From positions 32,612,001 through 32,676,000 of the forward strand of contig OZ024749.1 in the NCBI GenBank assembly GCA_964016885.1: a stretch of DNA of 64,000 bases, in the 5' to 3' direction. Source of the DNA: Eledone cirrhosa. Its lineage: Eukaryota. Position numbers and translations under genes: made by a program. A model generated the notes under the pieces. That model saw only the letters and a program-made list of their open reading frames with translations. It searched no databases and had not been told where the DNA came from. Of this stretch, positions 38,586-51,499 are shown one piece after another (position 1 is the stretch's first letter; each line of letters opens with the position of its first letter).

Positions 38586-39810
38586 CAGACTCAGAAGCTC
38601 CCGCGTCTTGCGATGCATGAGGCAATCATAGTGTTCCATCGCGTTCGGTCAGCAGCCAGTTGCACAGCGTCCCGCCATTGTCTGTTTGTCGCTCGCAGGT
38701 CCCTCTCAACTGTCTGGCGCCAGTTCATATTGGGTCGCCCTCTCCGTCTGCTTCCCTGCGGGCTCCATTTAAGTACTTGGTTCGCCAGTCTCTCCAGGCA
38801 AGTCTCAAAGCGTGCCCAAACCAGCCCAGGCGTCGCTTGCAGATGGCAGAAGAGACTAGTTGCTGGTTGGTGCGGTTCCTGACTTTCTGGTTTGTTACAT
38901 GGTCACTCCATTTAATCCCCAGGATCTTTCGCAGACATCTGAAATCGAATGCGTCCAACTTCTTCTCTTGGCTGGTCTTAAGGTGCCATGTTTCACTTCC
39001 GTACAAGAGTGTGGACAGCATGTTGCTGTTGTAGAATCTCATCTTTGTTTTGAGGGTGAACTTCCTGCTCTTCCAGATCTTGTCAAGCTGGTTAAATGCT
39101 GCTGAAGCCTTTCCCATTCTACATTGCAGTTCACTGTCCATGGCGCCCTCATTGTTAATGGAGCTTCCTAGGTAGGTGAAGTTGTCCACTATCTCCACCT
39201 CCCCCTGTTCAATGAAGACACTAATTGGTGATGGGTGTGTCCCAGATAACATGCTTTTGGTCTTCTTGGCACTGATATTGAGACCTAAGCTTCCTGCTTC
39301 GACATTGATATTGTTCACAATGATTTGCAGGTCAGCTGTGCTCTCTGCAAGTGCAGCAATATCGTCTGCAAAGTCCAGGTCAGACAACTTTTGCTCTCCC
39401 ACCCAAGATATACCCTGGTCTTTAGATGCTCTTCTTAGTACCCAGTCAATGGCTATGGCAAAGAGAATTGGAGAGAGCGAGCAACCTTGACACACGCCAG
39501 TAACCACCTCAAACCAGTCACTGTAACCATCCTCTGTCCGTATGCAGCACTTGGAGTTTACGTAAATCTGTTTGATTGCCGAAACGACTTTCTGGGGCAG
39601 ACCATACTCATGCATGATGCTCCAGAGTGACGGTCGATGAATGCTATCGAATGCTTTGGAGAAATCGATGAAGCTGATGGCGAGGGGCCTCTGGAATTCG
39701 TTGTACCTCTCAATGATGCGGTGTAGTGTAAAGATCTGCTCTGCACAGGAACTGCAAGAACAACAGGCAGGGTTCCGACCAAAACGTTCCTGTGCAGAGC
39801 AGATCTTTAC
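38585..39810 (-). mobile_element. RTE-clade LINE RT fragment with 5' inversion
   Basis: GVCQGCSLSPILF, DLDFADDI, FTYLGS, LLYGSETW. Forward-oriented piece 39753-39810 (QEQQAGFRPKRSCAEQIF); TSD ggtgtagtgac. Confidence 0.92.
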
Positions 39811-40083
39811 GGTGTAGTGACACAGCTGAGATATACCATCCAGACTGAGGTCTAGTGTCTGTCACTCCTCCAACTTTTGTTCTTTTGTTACTTCCTTTTT
39901 TTACACCCTTTATTCCCCTTAATATTCAAACATTGATGAAGTGTAAATTGTTACCTTTTATCCTTAAAAAAAAAAAAAAAAAGAGGGTTTTATGTGCCAT
40001 CAAGAATTTAGAGGGATTTAGTTATATAATTTTTTGATATTAGTCAGTAGGAAAAAATAATACAGAATATTTTGTGAACCTAC

Positions 40084-40173
40084 CCAGTGCCAAGAACTTC
40101 AGAAGGTAATCATAATCAGGAGATTTATTAGTAGTGTTAATGATGGTTGCTGCTGAGGCACCAGCTTCTGGCT
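40084..40173 (-). CDS. Rab27: Rab27 coding exon 2
   Basis: 90 nt, pyrimidine tract plus taatag / gtaggt; (K)PEAGASAATIINTTNKSPDYDYLLKFLAL(G). Too short for the ORF track. Confidence 0.94.
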
Positions 40174-40719
40174 CTATTAATGGAAACAAAAAAGAAAAGG
40201 TTCAAACCTTTTTGTCGACAAGTACATTTTATATTTAACATTATTTACACATGACATATTTTATCAATTGAAGCAAAATGGACTACTACTACTGCCGCTG
40301 CTACTACTATTACTACCTCTACTACTACTATTACTACTACTGCTGCTACTATTACTACTGTTACTACTTCTGCTACTACTACTACTACTACTACTACTAC
40401 TGCTGCTACTACTACTGCTGCTACTACTACTACTACTGCTGCTACTATTACTACTGCTGCTGCTACTATTACTACTGCTGCTGCTATTACTACTGCTACT
40501 ATTACTACTACTACTACTACTGCTCTACTACTACAGCTACAACAGCTACTACTACCACCACCAGCAGCACTACTACCACCACCACCACCACAGTACAAAT
40601 CATATATTGCTAAACTTCTGTTAAATGTCAAGAGAACACTTCTAACATAATGGCGCTTTTTGTGAACGAAGTCATTGGAATTTTAAATATGTTTATAGTT
40701 CATTACTATTATTATTACT

Positions 40720-41510
40720 GGATTGGTAGTATCGGTAGAGGGTCTGATTTCAAATCCCGCCGAGGTTAACTTTGCCTTTCATCCTTATGGGGTCGATAAA
40801 ATAAAGTACCAGTAATGCACTAGGGTAATTGCTGGCCTTGTGCCTAAAGTAGAAACAATTATTATTACTATTATTGGGGAATTTATGTTTCTATTTTTCT
40901 CTTACATCTTTTGTTACTGTTATTGTTTCCTTTTATACACACAGAAACCCATATTTGTACCGTCCTGTATTGTCAATGTTTTCCTTTATGTAAACCCTTG
41001 TGGTTAATAAAGAAATCCTTATTATTATTACTATTATAATGAGTTCAAATTCCATCGAGGTGAGCTTTGCCTTTCATCCTTACGGGGTTGATAAAATAAA
41101 GCACCAGAATGCAGTGGGTCAATTTAATCGACTTTCCCCCCTCTCCCCAAATTGCTGGCCTTGTGCCTAAAGTAGAAATTATTATTATGGTGAATTGGCA
41201 GTATCGGTAGAGGGTTGGACGCCATGCTTTCTAGCATAGTTACGTCCCTTTACAGTCTGAGTTCAAATCCCGCCAAGGTTAACTTTGCCTTTCATCCTTA
41301 CGGGGTCGATAAAATAAAGTACCAGTAATACACTGGGTAATTGCTGGCCTTGTGCCTAACGTAGAAACAATTATTACTATTATTATTGCTTCGTGGCAGT
41401 TCCGTCCTTTTACGCTCTGAGTTCAAATCCCACCAAGGTTAGCTTAGCCTTTCGGTTTTCCCCCTCCTCCAAAATTGCTGGCCTTGTGCTTAAATCAGAA
41501 ACCATTATTA
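40720..41510 (+). mobile_element. Cluster of four SINE copies/fragments plus a Tx1 3'UTR fragment (40875-41020)
   Basis: Repeated B box and core with (ATT)n spacers. Confidence 0.85.
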
Positions 41511-41889
41511 TATTATAATGGACGTATTATTATGTGTGAAACGATAACAACAGTTTTTATAGTGCCATTATGGCTGCTGTTTATATAGCTAGTAGAAAGA
41601 GAGAAGAATTTCACAAGTTAATTTTATAATTATTAGCCTACATCGTAATTGTCATTCAGCCGATGAGCAGAGAGCACAAGTTTTATTTCAATGAAGCCTT
41701 TTACAAGGTTAACAGAACAGCATAACTATACACTCACAAATCCGGTCATGTGTTTGTAAAAAGAAAAAAAAAAGAATCATTTTGTAATAATGAGTACAAT
41801 AGCAAGCATTACTTAGTACATTTTATTTTGTGGTGTAATAGTATAAATACTTTTTGAGACAAGTCAACACCACACTGACAGTTTTACTA

Positions 41890-42330
41890 TGGGCGATAGT
41901 GAGTCTAATGTGCTATAATAACCAAGCAGGCTTACAAGGACTATCACCTAATACTTCAATAAGACTGAGTGATAGCAAGGCTAAGGTGCTGGAATGACAA
42001 AGCACTCTTACCAGGAGCATTACCCGATACCTCGATAAGATTGAGTGTTAGTGTGTCTAAGGTGCTGGAATTACAAAGCACCCTTGCCAGGAACATTACC
42101 CGATACCTTGGTAAGATTGAGTGATAGTGTGTCTAAGGTGCTGGAGCAACCAAGCACCCTTGCCAGGAACATTACCCGATACCTTGGTAAGATTGAGTGA
42201 TAGTGTGTCTAAGGTGCTGGAGCAACCAAGTACCCTTGCCAGGAACATCACCCGATACCTTGGTAAGATTGAGTGATAGCAAGGCTAAGGTGCTGGAACA
42301 ACCAAGCACCCTTACCACAAGCATCATCAG
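41890..42330. repeat. 76-bp minisatellite derived from a dispersed repeat
   Basis: Period 76 (42115, 42191, 42267). The unit is related to single copies at ~17150-17220 and ~36085-36150(-). Confidence 0.85.
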
Positions 42331-42634
42331 ACATTAAATCTGCCCAAACTCAAGAATATAATTACCATTACTGAATCTAATACTTGCTTTCTAGAACAGT
42401 GCAACAGTGCTGTGTAATTTTTTTAAGGATGTTGACATATTTGTGTCACTAAAACTGAGATAACACAGTACAGATATCCATTTGTTATCTGTTAAATAGT
42501 ATGTATTTAAAATCACATTATTAGCCGTCAAATAAAATCCCATGTAGATATCCAGCTGTTAAATATGTTTCCAATGTTTATTTTTCATCTGCAAATATGA
42601 AATATTAGATATAAAAAAATGGACTGACCTCAGA

Positions 42635-42840
42635 CACTGATGTGTCACAACACAATGTGTCACAGCACTGATATGTCACAACACAATGTGTCACAGCACA
42701 GTGTCACAACACTGATATGTCACAACACAATGTGTCACAACACTGATATGTCACAACACAATGTGTCACAACACTGATATGTCACAACAATGTGTCACAG
42801 CACAGTGTCACAACACTGATATGTCACACCACACTAATGT
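42635..42840. repeat. ~15-bp minisatellite (tgtcacaacac core)
   Basis: Seen directly. Confidence 0.85.
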
Positions 42841-42879
42841 TTTGTGATGCTTGCCTACTAGAGAAAATGTACTCCTGCA

Positions 42880-43500
42880 CCACATGTCACTGATCATCAT
42901 GGATGGTCTTTTATTATATTTGTTGTGAGCATTACCTTCTTGAGGTTAGTCTTTACTACTTCATCCCATATTTTTATTGGTCTTCCTCTTCCACAGCTTC
43001 CATCCACTTTATATACCCTGTACTTCTTTATACAGCTATCATTCTCCATATTCATCATATACCCATACCAGTACAATTTTCTCCCTGGCACACATTTCAT
43101 TCCTCTTATAAACAATTTTTTCTCAGCTTCTTTATTCTCTGCCATTCATGAACACTAACATTACATATCTGCCCATGTCTTGTTACCATACAACATCATA
43201 CTTCACCCATAGGCATTGTACAATCTGTCCAACACTCTGCGAGAGGAAGCCCCTTATTGCTAGCAAGGATAATAGCTCCATAACATTTTCCTAACCAGTT
43301 CTTATTCTAGCCTCTATGCTTTCAGAACAACCACTTCCACTGTTAATTGGGTCACCTAAACAACAAAAGCTGTCAACCATTTGAACATTTGAAAGAATCT
43401 ATTTCTCATATGTTCTTAATACTTACTATTCCTGTGCATCTGTTGCATATGCAGTCTCCATCCTTCATTTCCCTGCCTGTGATCCCACTACATCTCACAC
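42880..43500 (-). mobile_element. Old RTE-clade LINE fragment
   Basis: WYGYMMNMENDSCIKK...GRGRPIKIWDEVVK matches the C-terminus of the 30-33 kb LINE. Confidence 0.75.
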
Positions 43501-43694
43501 TATAAAGTATATTGTTTTTATTTAAACTGTCTTTTTCTCATGGCTTGAGAGTTTCACGTTATGATCCCAGCTACACACATATATAATAAATGTCAGACAT
43601 GAATTGTTTATAAATTAGTTGGGGGACTATTAGCCAGTTTATTTGGCATATTAAGTATAGTTTTGGTATGTGTTTCAAAAGTTCTAGTTCACGT

Positions 43695-44020
43695 AGACCA
43701 GTACTAGTGCCATGACAAAAAGCACCCAGTCCACCCTGTAAGGTGATTATACTGGTGCCACAACAAAAAGGCACCCAGTCCACCCTATGAGGTAGTCATA
43801 CTGGTGCCACAACAAAAAGTACCCAGTCCACCCTGTAAAATGGTTGTACTGGTGCCATGACAAAAAGCACTCAACGCTGTAAGATGGTCGTACTGGTGTC
43901 ACAACAAAAAGCACCCAGTCCACCCTGTAAGATGGTCATACTGGTGCCATGACAAAAAGCATTCAGTTCATCCTGTAAGGTGGTTGTACTAGTGCCACAA
44001 CAAAAAAAGCACCCAGTCCA
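43695..44020. repeat. ~46-48-bp minisatellite derived from RTE/SINE 3'UTR motif
   Basis: Unit ggtgccacaacaaaaagcacccagtccaccctgtaagg resembles 32778-32860. Confidence 0.8.
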
Positions 44021-44186
44021 TTTTGTTTACCTTGATTTTTTTTCAGACACTTTAATAATCTTGCAACTGTCAATTATTTATTCAGCAATAATGATTCGGT
44101 CATCCCTTTTATTTGTTATATCTTTAATGAAACACACTGTTATTGTATATCAAATGAAACACATTGTTAGTTTTATACCTCTAATG

Positions 44187-44484
44187 CAGAGGCATAACTA
44201 AAGAAAATAGCACCTATTGCAAGCAGCAAAATTGCGCCCCTGCCCAGCCCTGTATTTTTACCTATGGGCCTAATAATTTATATAAATGGTTTAATGATCC
44301 AGCCACTAAAGTATTCTCACACATTGATAATCAGAGACAGATCATACACTGAAAGAGTTTCATTTTTCACTCTTCAATGAGGCTTATTTGACTTTAATAG
44401 AATGTGCTCCTAGTCCAAGTGGTACCCCTTTCATGTGGCACCCGTGGCACGGGCCATGCTTGCCATATCCTAGTTACGCCACTG
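44187..44484. mobile_element. hAT-type MITE
   Basis: TIR cagaggcataacta / tagttacgccactg; perfect 8-bp TSD ctctaatg. Confidence 0.82.
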
Positions 44485-44988
44485 CTCTAATGAAACACAA
44501 TTTATTATATCTCCAATGACTCACAATCAATTTGCTTAATTTGGTTTTGAAAATAGCCAAAATTTAGAGGGATTTAGTCATATGATTAACATTTTAATTA
44601 CTCTCTATATACTATTGTATTTTTGCAGTAAAGGTTTTACCTCACATAATATCGAATCTATGAGATTTTGATATTATTTATTTTGAGAACAATACCTTAA
44701 CATAAGCATGAGCAGCCAGTTATGGCCAGTTTGAACTGAAAAAGGTGAGAGAATTCTAGCCGGATACAGCCGGTTTAAATGCTAAAGGGTTAATCTGTTG
44801 TTTGAAATATATCTTAACAAAATTTTCTTACATAAAATTATTCTAGAAAGTTTTTAGATAAATATAAACATTTTAAAATGAACAGTTTTATATCATAAAA
44901 CAAGGGATGGTTTGGGGCAATTTGGTATCAAAAAGGTTAAAACTAAATATTTTTAAAAAAATAAAAAAAAATAAAAAAACTACTCAAC

Positions 44989-45007
44989 TTTTTGTCTTTG
45001 TCATCAT
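44989..45007 (-). CDS. Rab27: Rab27 coding exon 1 (MMTKTK; exon 44989-45049)
   Basis: tttcag acceptor at 45050; in-frame upstream TAG, then ATG ATG ACA AAG ACA AAA A|gttgag. Phase 1 matches exon 2, which has no ATG of its own; total CDS 738 nt. Confidence 0.75.
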
Positions 45008-45745
45008 TAGAGCCAGTAGGGTATGGAATTGTTCCTTCTATTGCAAAGTCTGAAATCATAAAAAAAAAAATAAGAACTAATTCATTAGTTTGTTAACTAG
45101 ACATTAGTTTAATATGAAATAACTAGTTTTATAACACAAACTAGAGGAATTTATCAAACTTTGGGAAATTTCAATATGCCAAAAATACAATTTAGGGAAG
45201 AAGGCTATTTTTTTTATAGACACTTTAGATTATGTTTTGGTTCAGATATTGATATTTTAAAAAGCTATGTTGCAAAAAAGAATGGATAAAAGGAATTCCA
45301 TGTATAATGGCTCTTGAAATGAAACATTTTATTTAATGCATAGTGCAAGATTTTTGTGGGTCAAGAAACCAAAATATTTTGGCAATACTCCTTTCTTAAT
45401 GTCTTCAGACTACAGATTTATTTTAAGTTTGGACAAATGAGGAAATAGTTGAAACTAGGAATCTGGTTCAACCTGCTGACTTGGTAAACCAAATATTTAC
45501 CATTTATTTTTTAAAAACCCTTTAGCATAGATTACATATTTACTTTTATATTTTAATGGTAAACACTTTATTTCACATAATTATCTCACATAATATCGAA
45601 TATATGAGATTTGGATATTATTTATTTTGAGAACAATACCTTAACATCAGTATGATCAGCCAGTTACAGCTGGTTTGAACAGAAAGAGGTGAGAGAATTC
45701 TGGCTGGATACAGCTGGTTTAAATGCTAAAGGGTTAAATACTCAC

Positions 45746-45999
45746 CTTTTAGTTCAATCTTCTCTATATTGTTTAGAGATTTAGAAGATTATTGCAACAT
45801 TCAAAGACAACCTTTGTATAACACTCATCTCATACAGAAGCCCAACTAATTGGAGTCATGAAGCTGAACTCAGCCTAGAAATACATGTCTTAGTTAATGG
45901 TGGAGACATGAATTCACAGACAGCCCAAGATGACATCCACATATTTTGTTTTCCCTTATTCAATCAAATAAAATGGTCAGAACATGGCAGATGTTATGC
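45746..45999 (-). other. Probable Rab27 5'UTR exon
   Basis: ttttcag acceptor and AAG|gtgagt donor around unique sequence with multiple stops. Confidence 0.5.
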
Positions 46000-46314
46000 C
46001 TGAAAATAACCTACTATGCTTAACCTTCTGGAGGCTCCAGGCGCATTAAGACGCTGATAGAGTTATCTCCCCTTAATAAATGTGTTGTCAAGGGAAGCAA
46101 TTCATAAAAGTTTCTAGTGTGCTGAAGATTAAGTTCTCGTCTAACTTGACTGTATGAATGGATGAGTAACTCCAGATGGAGTCACAGTGGCACCATTGTG
46201 ACATAGAGGCACGTTTTTGAGCATTTTAAACCTGGTACAGCCCATCCCCCTCTCCAGGTCTGACCAGAGCTGGTTTCTTACAGAGAAGAAGAGAAAGTCA
46301 GAGAGAAGAAGAAA

Positions 46315-47270
46315 GAAAGAGATATAGAGGAAGAATTGACTCCCAGTAGGTAACTGGTACGTAAGAGATATAGAGGAAAATTCAGACCCAGTATTGGACT
46401 GGTACTTAAGAGATATAGAGGATGAATGGACCCCTAGTAGGAGATTGATACTTAAGAAATATAGAGAAAGAATGGACCCCTAGTAGGAGATTGATACTTA
46501 AGAAATATAGAGAAAGAATGGACCCCTAGTAGGAGATTGATACTTAAGAAATATAGAGAAAGAATGGACCCCTAGTAAGAGATTGATACTTAAGAAATAT
46601 AGAGAAAGAATGGACCCCTAGTAGGAGATTGATACTTAAGAAATATAGAGAAAGAATGGACCCCTAGTAGGAGATTGATACTTAAGAAATATAGAGAAAG
46701 AATGGACCCCTAGTAGGAGATTGATACTTAAGAAATATAGAGAAAGAATGGACCCCTAGTAGGAGATTGATACTTAAGAAATATAGAGAAAGAATGGACC
46801 CCTAGTAGGAGATTGATACTTAAGAAATATAGAGAAAGAATGGACCCCTAGTAGGAGATTGATACTTAAAAAATATAGAGAAAGAATGGACCCCTAGTAG
46901 GAGATTGATACTTAAGAAATATAGAGAAAGAATGGACCCCTAGTAGGAGATTGATACTTAAGAAATATAGAGAAAGAATGGACCCCTAGTAGGAGATTGA
47001 TACTTAAGAAATATAGAGAAAGAATGGACCCCTAGTAGGAGATTGATACTTAAGAAATATAGAGAAAAAATTGACTCCCAGTAGAGAACTGGTACTTAAG
47101 AGATATAGAGGAAGAATTGACCCCCCCCCCCCCCCCCCAGTAGGGGACTGGTACTTTATTTATTGACCTTGAAAGGATGAAAGGCAAAGGTGACGGTGTG
47201 ATTTGAACTCAGAGCTACAACAAATACCACAAAATATTCAAACTGACATTTCTAACAACTGCTAATTAAT
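46315..47270. repeat. 46-bp minisatellite grading into a minus-strand SINE (47105-47270)
   Basis: (agaaatatagagaaagaatggacccctagtaggagattgatactta)n; terminal units match the SINE segment gacccc..gactggtactt. Confidence 0.9.
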
Positions 47271-47909
47271 CCTCAATCTAAATAAACAATGGGATATAGA
47301 AGATTAAACTATGAAGTATATTATTACATTAAAGAAGTTAGTTCTGGCCATTGAATACTGTATAGCATGGTATACTGTACACTACCTGCATATTATGGTA
47401 TACTGTATACAATGGCATCGTGTATACCATGGTTACAATGTTATACAAATAACCATCTGTATATCATGGTATACAATATACCATCTGTATACCATGCTAT
47501 ACACTATACCATCTGTATACCATGGTGTACTGTATACTATCTGTATACAATAGTATGTTGTATACCATGCTATACAATATACCATCTATATACCATGCTA
47601 CACAACATACCATCTATATATTATAGTATGCTGTATGTCAGAATTCAACTGAATTTGCTCAACAATTAACAATAAACAAACAAAAAATGTCAACATTTTC
47701 TCCATATGAAATGTTCTACACTTAAGAAAATCTGTCAACACTACACCATTGTTGGTAAAGAACAGGCTGGAAGTATTGGAAGTAGACACTGAAACCCAAA
47801 TTACCAAACATTTAGTTCTGTTTGAGCAAGACATGGTCACCTGACCCTACTTGCCTCAAATAGGACAACCCGTCTAACCTATGCTAACGTGGAAAATAGA
47901 TGTTAAGCA

Positions 47910-47944
<35 letters not shown>

Positions 47945-48235
47945 ACATATAACAATTTAGTTAACTTCCATACAAGCTGCAGAATAATGTATTCCCATTA
48001 GGACTCAGAATGAAACAGTAAGTCGTATGGGACTTCGAAGTAATAAATTGAAGAGGGCTGCCAATATGAAGTCAATCAAACATTTTAAAACAAGATCTTA
48101 TCTACACATACAAAGTCAAACAAGAGAAATGAGCTGAAGACAAAATACATTTATTTTACATGCAGCAGCAATAGTAGCAGTAGCAGCAAGCAAATAATCC
48201 TCACTGGCATGGAAAACAATCAAGGAACCACATAC

Positions 48236-48293
48236 CAAAGATGAGTGATTCCTCATCAGGACCAGAAAATACTTCAGATGATATATTTCTTTA
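48236..48293 (-). other. Probable Rab27 5'UTR exon
   Basis: ttttatctacag acceptor and TTG|gtatgt donor, 58 nt. Confidence 0.45.
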
Positions 48294-48560
48294 CTGTAGA
48301 TAAAAGAACATATAAACACACATACACACATGCACACACACTCATACAAATACACACATACACATGAAACAAATGAAGACCATAATAGTGTAAAACAGAA
48401 TATATTATTAGTCTTTATGATATAAAATCCTTTTATGAATAAAAAATAAAAATATATAGTTTGGCTTTTCATAAAAAATTGATCATGAAGCATGATTCTT
48501 CAGTAAGAGATGGTGCCAGAAATTCTGAATATGAAATATGAAAGAAATTCCACTTATTAC

Positions 48561-48649
48561 CTGAAGGTGTATTCTTGGGAGTATACAGCCAAGTTGTGTT
48601 AGCACAAGGAATTCCCCAGAACATAATTGAGTCAAGGAAAAGATGAAAT
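48561..48649 (-). other. Probable Rab27 5'UTR exon
   Basis: tcttattttag acceptor and CAG|gtaata donor, 89 nt. Confidence 0.45.
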
Positions 48650-48799
48650 CTAAAATAAGAAAGGCTGTTAGTGATAGAGCAAGGAAATATTAGAAAGCTT
48701 TAGTGTTGGTAAAAAGACAGTCAACTGATATAGTGATATGACAGGAAATCTATGAATAATTTATAATAGCAAATTAACAAATGTAAAATGACCAACATT

Positions 48800-51125
48800 A
48801 TGGTATATACAGTAGCATGGCTAGCTGGTTGGTACAATGAGAATGGTATGTTGTAGCATGGCTAGCTGGTTGGATCAATGAGAGTGGTATATAGTTGAAT
48901 GGCTAGCTGGTTGGGTCAATGAGAGTGGTATATAGCTGAATGGCTAGTTGGTTGGGACCATGAAAGTGGTATATAGTTGAATGGCTAGTTGGTTGGGTCA
49001 ATGAGAGTGGTATATAGTTGAATGGTTAGATGGTTGGGTCAATGAGAGTGGTATATAGTTGAATGGTTAGATGGTTGGATCAATGAGAGTGGTATATAGT
49101 TGAATGGTTAGATGGTTGGGTCAATGAGAGTGGTATATAGTTGAATGGTTAGATGGTTGGGTCAATGAGAGTGGTATATAGCTGAATGGCTAGCTGGTTG
49201 GGTCAATGGGAGTGGTATAGAGTTGAATGGCTAGCTGGTTGGGTCAATGAGAGTGGTATATAGTTGAATGGTTAGGTCAATGAGAGTGGTATATAGTTGA
49301 ATGGTTAGGTCAATGAGAGTGGTATATAGTTGAATGGTTAGATGGTTGGGTCAATGAGAGTGGTATATAGTTGAATGGTTAGATGGTTGGGTCAATGGGA
49401 GTGGTATATAGTTGAATGGTTAGATGGTTGGGTCAATGGGAGTGGTATATAGTTGAATGGTTAGATGGTTGGGTCAATGAGAGTGGTATATAGTTGAATG
49501 GTTAGATGGTTGGATCAATGGGAGTGGTATATAGTTGAATGGTTAGATGGTTGGGTCAATGAGAGTGGTATATAGTTGAATGGTTAGATGGTTGGGTCAA
49601 TGAGAGTGGTATATAGTTGAATGGTTAGATGGTTGGATCAATGGGAGTGGTATATAGTTGGATGGCTAGCTGGTTGGGTCAATGAGAGTGGTATATAGTA
49701 GAATGGCTAGCTGGTTGGGTCAATGAGAGTGGTATATAGTTGAATGGTTAGCTGGTTGGGTCAATGGGAGTGGTATATAGCTGAATGGTTAGATGGTTGG
49801 ATCAATGGGAGTGGTATATAGTTGAATGGTTAGATGGTTGGGTCAATGAGGGTGGTATATAGTTGAATGGTTAGTTGGTTGGGTTAATGAGAGTGGTATA
49901 TAGTTGAATGGTTAGATGGTTGGGTCAATGAGAGTGGTATATAGTTGAATGGTTAGATGGTTGGGTCAATGAGAGTGGTATATAGTTGAATGGTTAGATG
50001 GTTGGGTCAATGAGAGTGGTATATAGTAGAATGGCTAGCTGGTTGGGTCAATGGGAGTGGTATATAGTTGAATGGTTAGATGGTTGGGTCAATGAGAGTG
50101 GTATATAGCTGAATGGCTAGCTGGTTGGGTCAATGGGAGTGGTATATAGTTGAATGGCTAGCTGGTTGGGTCAATGCAGTGGTATATAGCTGAATGGCTA
50201 GCTGGTTGGGTCAATGAGAGTGGTATATAGTTGAATGGCAAACTGGTTGGGTCAATGAGAGTGGTATATAGCTGAATGGCTAGCTGGTTGGGTCAATGAT
50301 AGTGGTATATAGTTGCTAGGCTAGATGCTTGGATCAATGAGATTAGTATATAGTAGAATGGCTAGCTGGTTGGGTCAATGATAGTGGTATATAGTTGCTA
50401 GGCTAGATGTTTGGGTTAATGAGAATGGTAACCAGTTACATGGTCAGATGGTTGGATCAATGGAAATAGTATATAGTATCATGGCTACATGGTTGGGTCA
50501 ATGAGAGTGGTCTATAGCTGAATGGCTAGCTGGTTGGGTCAATGGGAGTGGTATATAGTTGAATGGCTAGCTGGTTGGGTCAATGCAGTGGTATATAGCT
50601 GAATGGCTAGCTGGTTGGGTCAATGAGAGTGGTATATAGCTGAATGGCTAGCTGGTTGGGTCAATGGGAGTGGTATATAGTTGAATGGCTAGCTGGTTGG
50701 GTCAATGCAGTGGTATATAGCTGAATGGCTAGCTGGTTGGGTCAATGAGAGTGGTATATAGCTGAATGGCTAGCTGGTTGGGTCAATGGGAGTGGTATAT
50801 AGTTGAATGGCTAGCTGGTTGGGTCAATGCAGTGGTATATAGCTGAATGGCTAGCTGGTTGGGTCAATGAGAGTGGTATATAGCTGAATGGCTAGCTGGT
50901 TGGGTCAATGAGAGTGGTATATAGTTGAATGGCAAACTGGTTGGGTCAATGAGAGTGGTATATAGTTGAATGGTTAGCTGGTTGGGTCAATGATAGTGGT
51001 ATATAGTTGCTAGGCTAGATGTTTGGGTTAATGAGAATGGTAACCAGTTACATGGTCAGATGGTTGGATCAATGGAAATAGTATATAGTATCATGGCTAC
51101 ATGGTTGGGTCAATGGGAGTGGTCT
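48800..51125. repeat. 41-bp minisatellite (~2.3 kb)
   Basis: (gagagtggtatatagttgaatggttagatggttgggtcaat)n with variant blocks and a duplicated degenerate end. Confidence 0.96.
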
Positions 51126-51499
51126 ATCCTATGTTACTTTTTTATGAGGGTGGCACTTTAAGTGGGAGTTACTGAGCAATATTTTACAATTGTCTGGACA
51201 GGGGGAAAACTCAAGGGCTGCCTCTGGAGGCACAATTTAGCTACATTAATGATGGAATATTTATTTGAGAGAGAGAGAGAGAGAGAGAGCCAAAGTAGAA
51301 GCTTCCTTATATTAACGAGGAACTAAATGCTTTAAGAGAAGATGAACACTGTCAAATACTTCTAAGTCCCACTGAAATTCTACAAAGGACACACAGTGAA
51401 ACATCTACAGTGACACTGCCATCGACTAGTTGCACCAATTGCAGGAAATTGATTAGTTGATTGATATATTGACTCAGGGAAAACAGAGTTTAAATCCTA

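Noticed and set aside
48215-48262. Minus-strand CTGATGA plus 8-bp stem (hammerhead, SECIS or C/D box)
   Set aside because: No GAAA after the stem, no apical AA and no upstream Sec-type ORF; it overlaps a probable exon/donor site.
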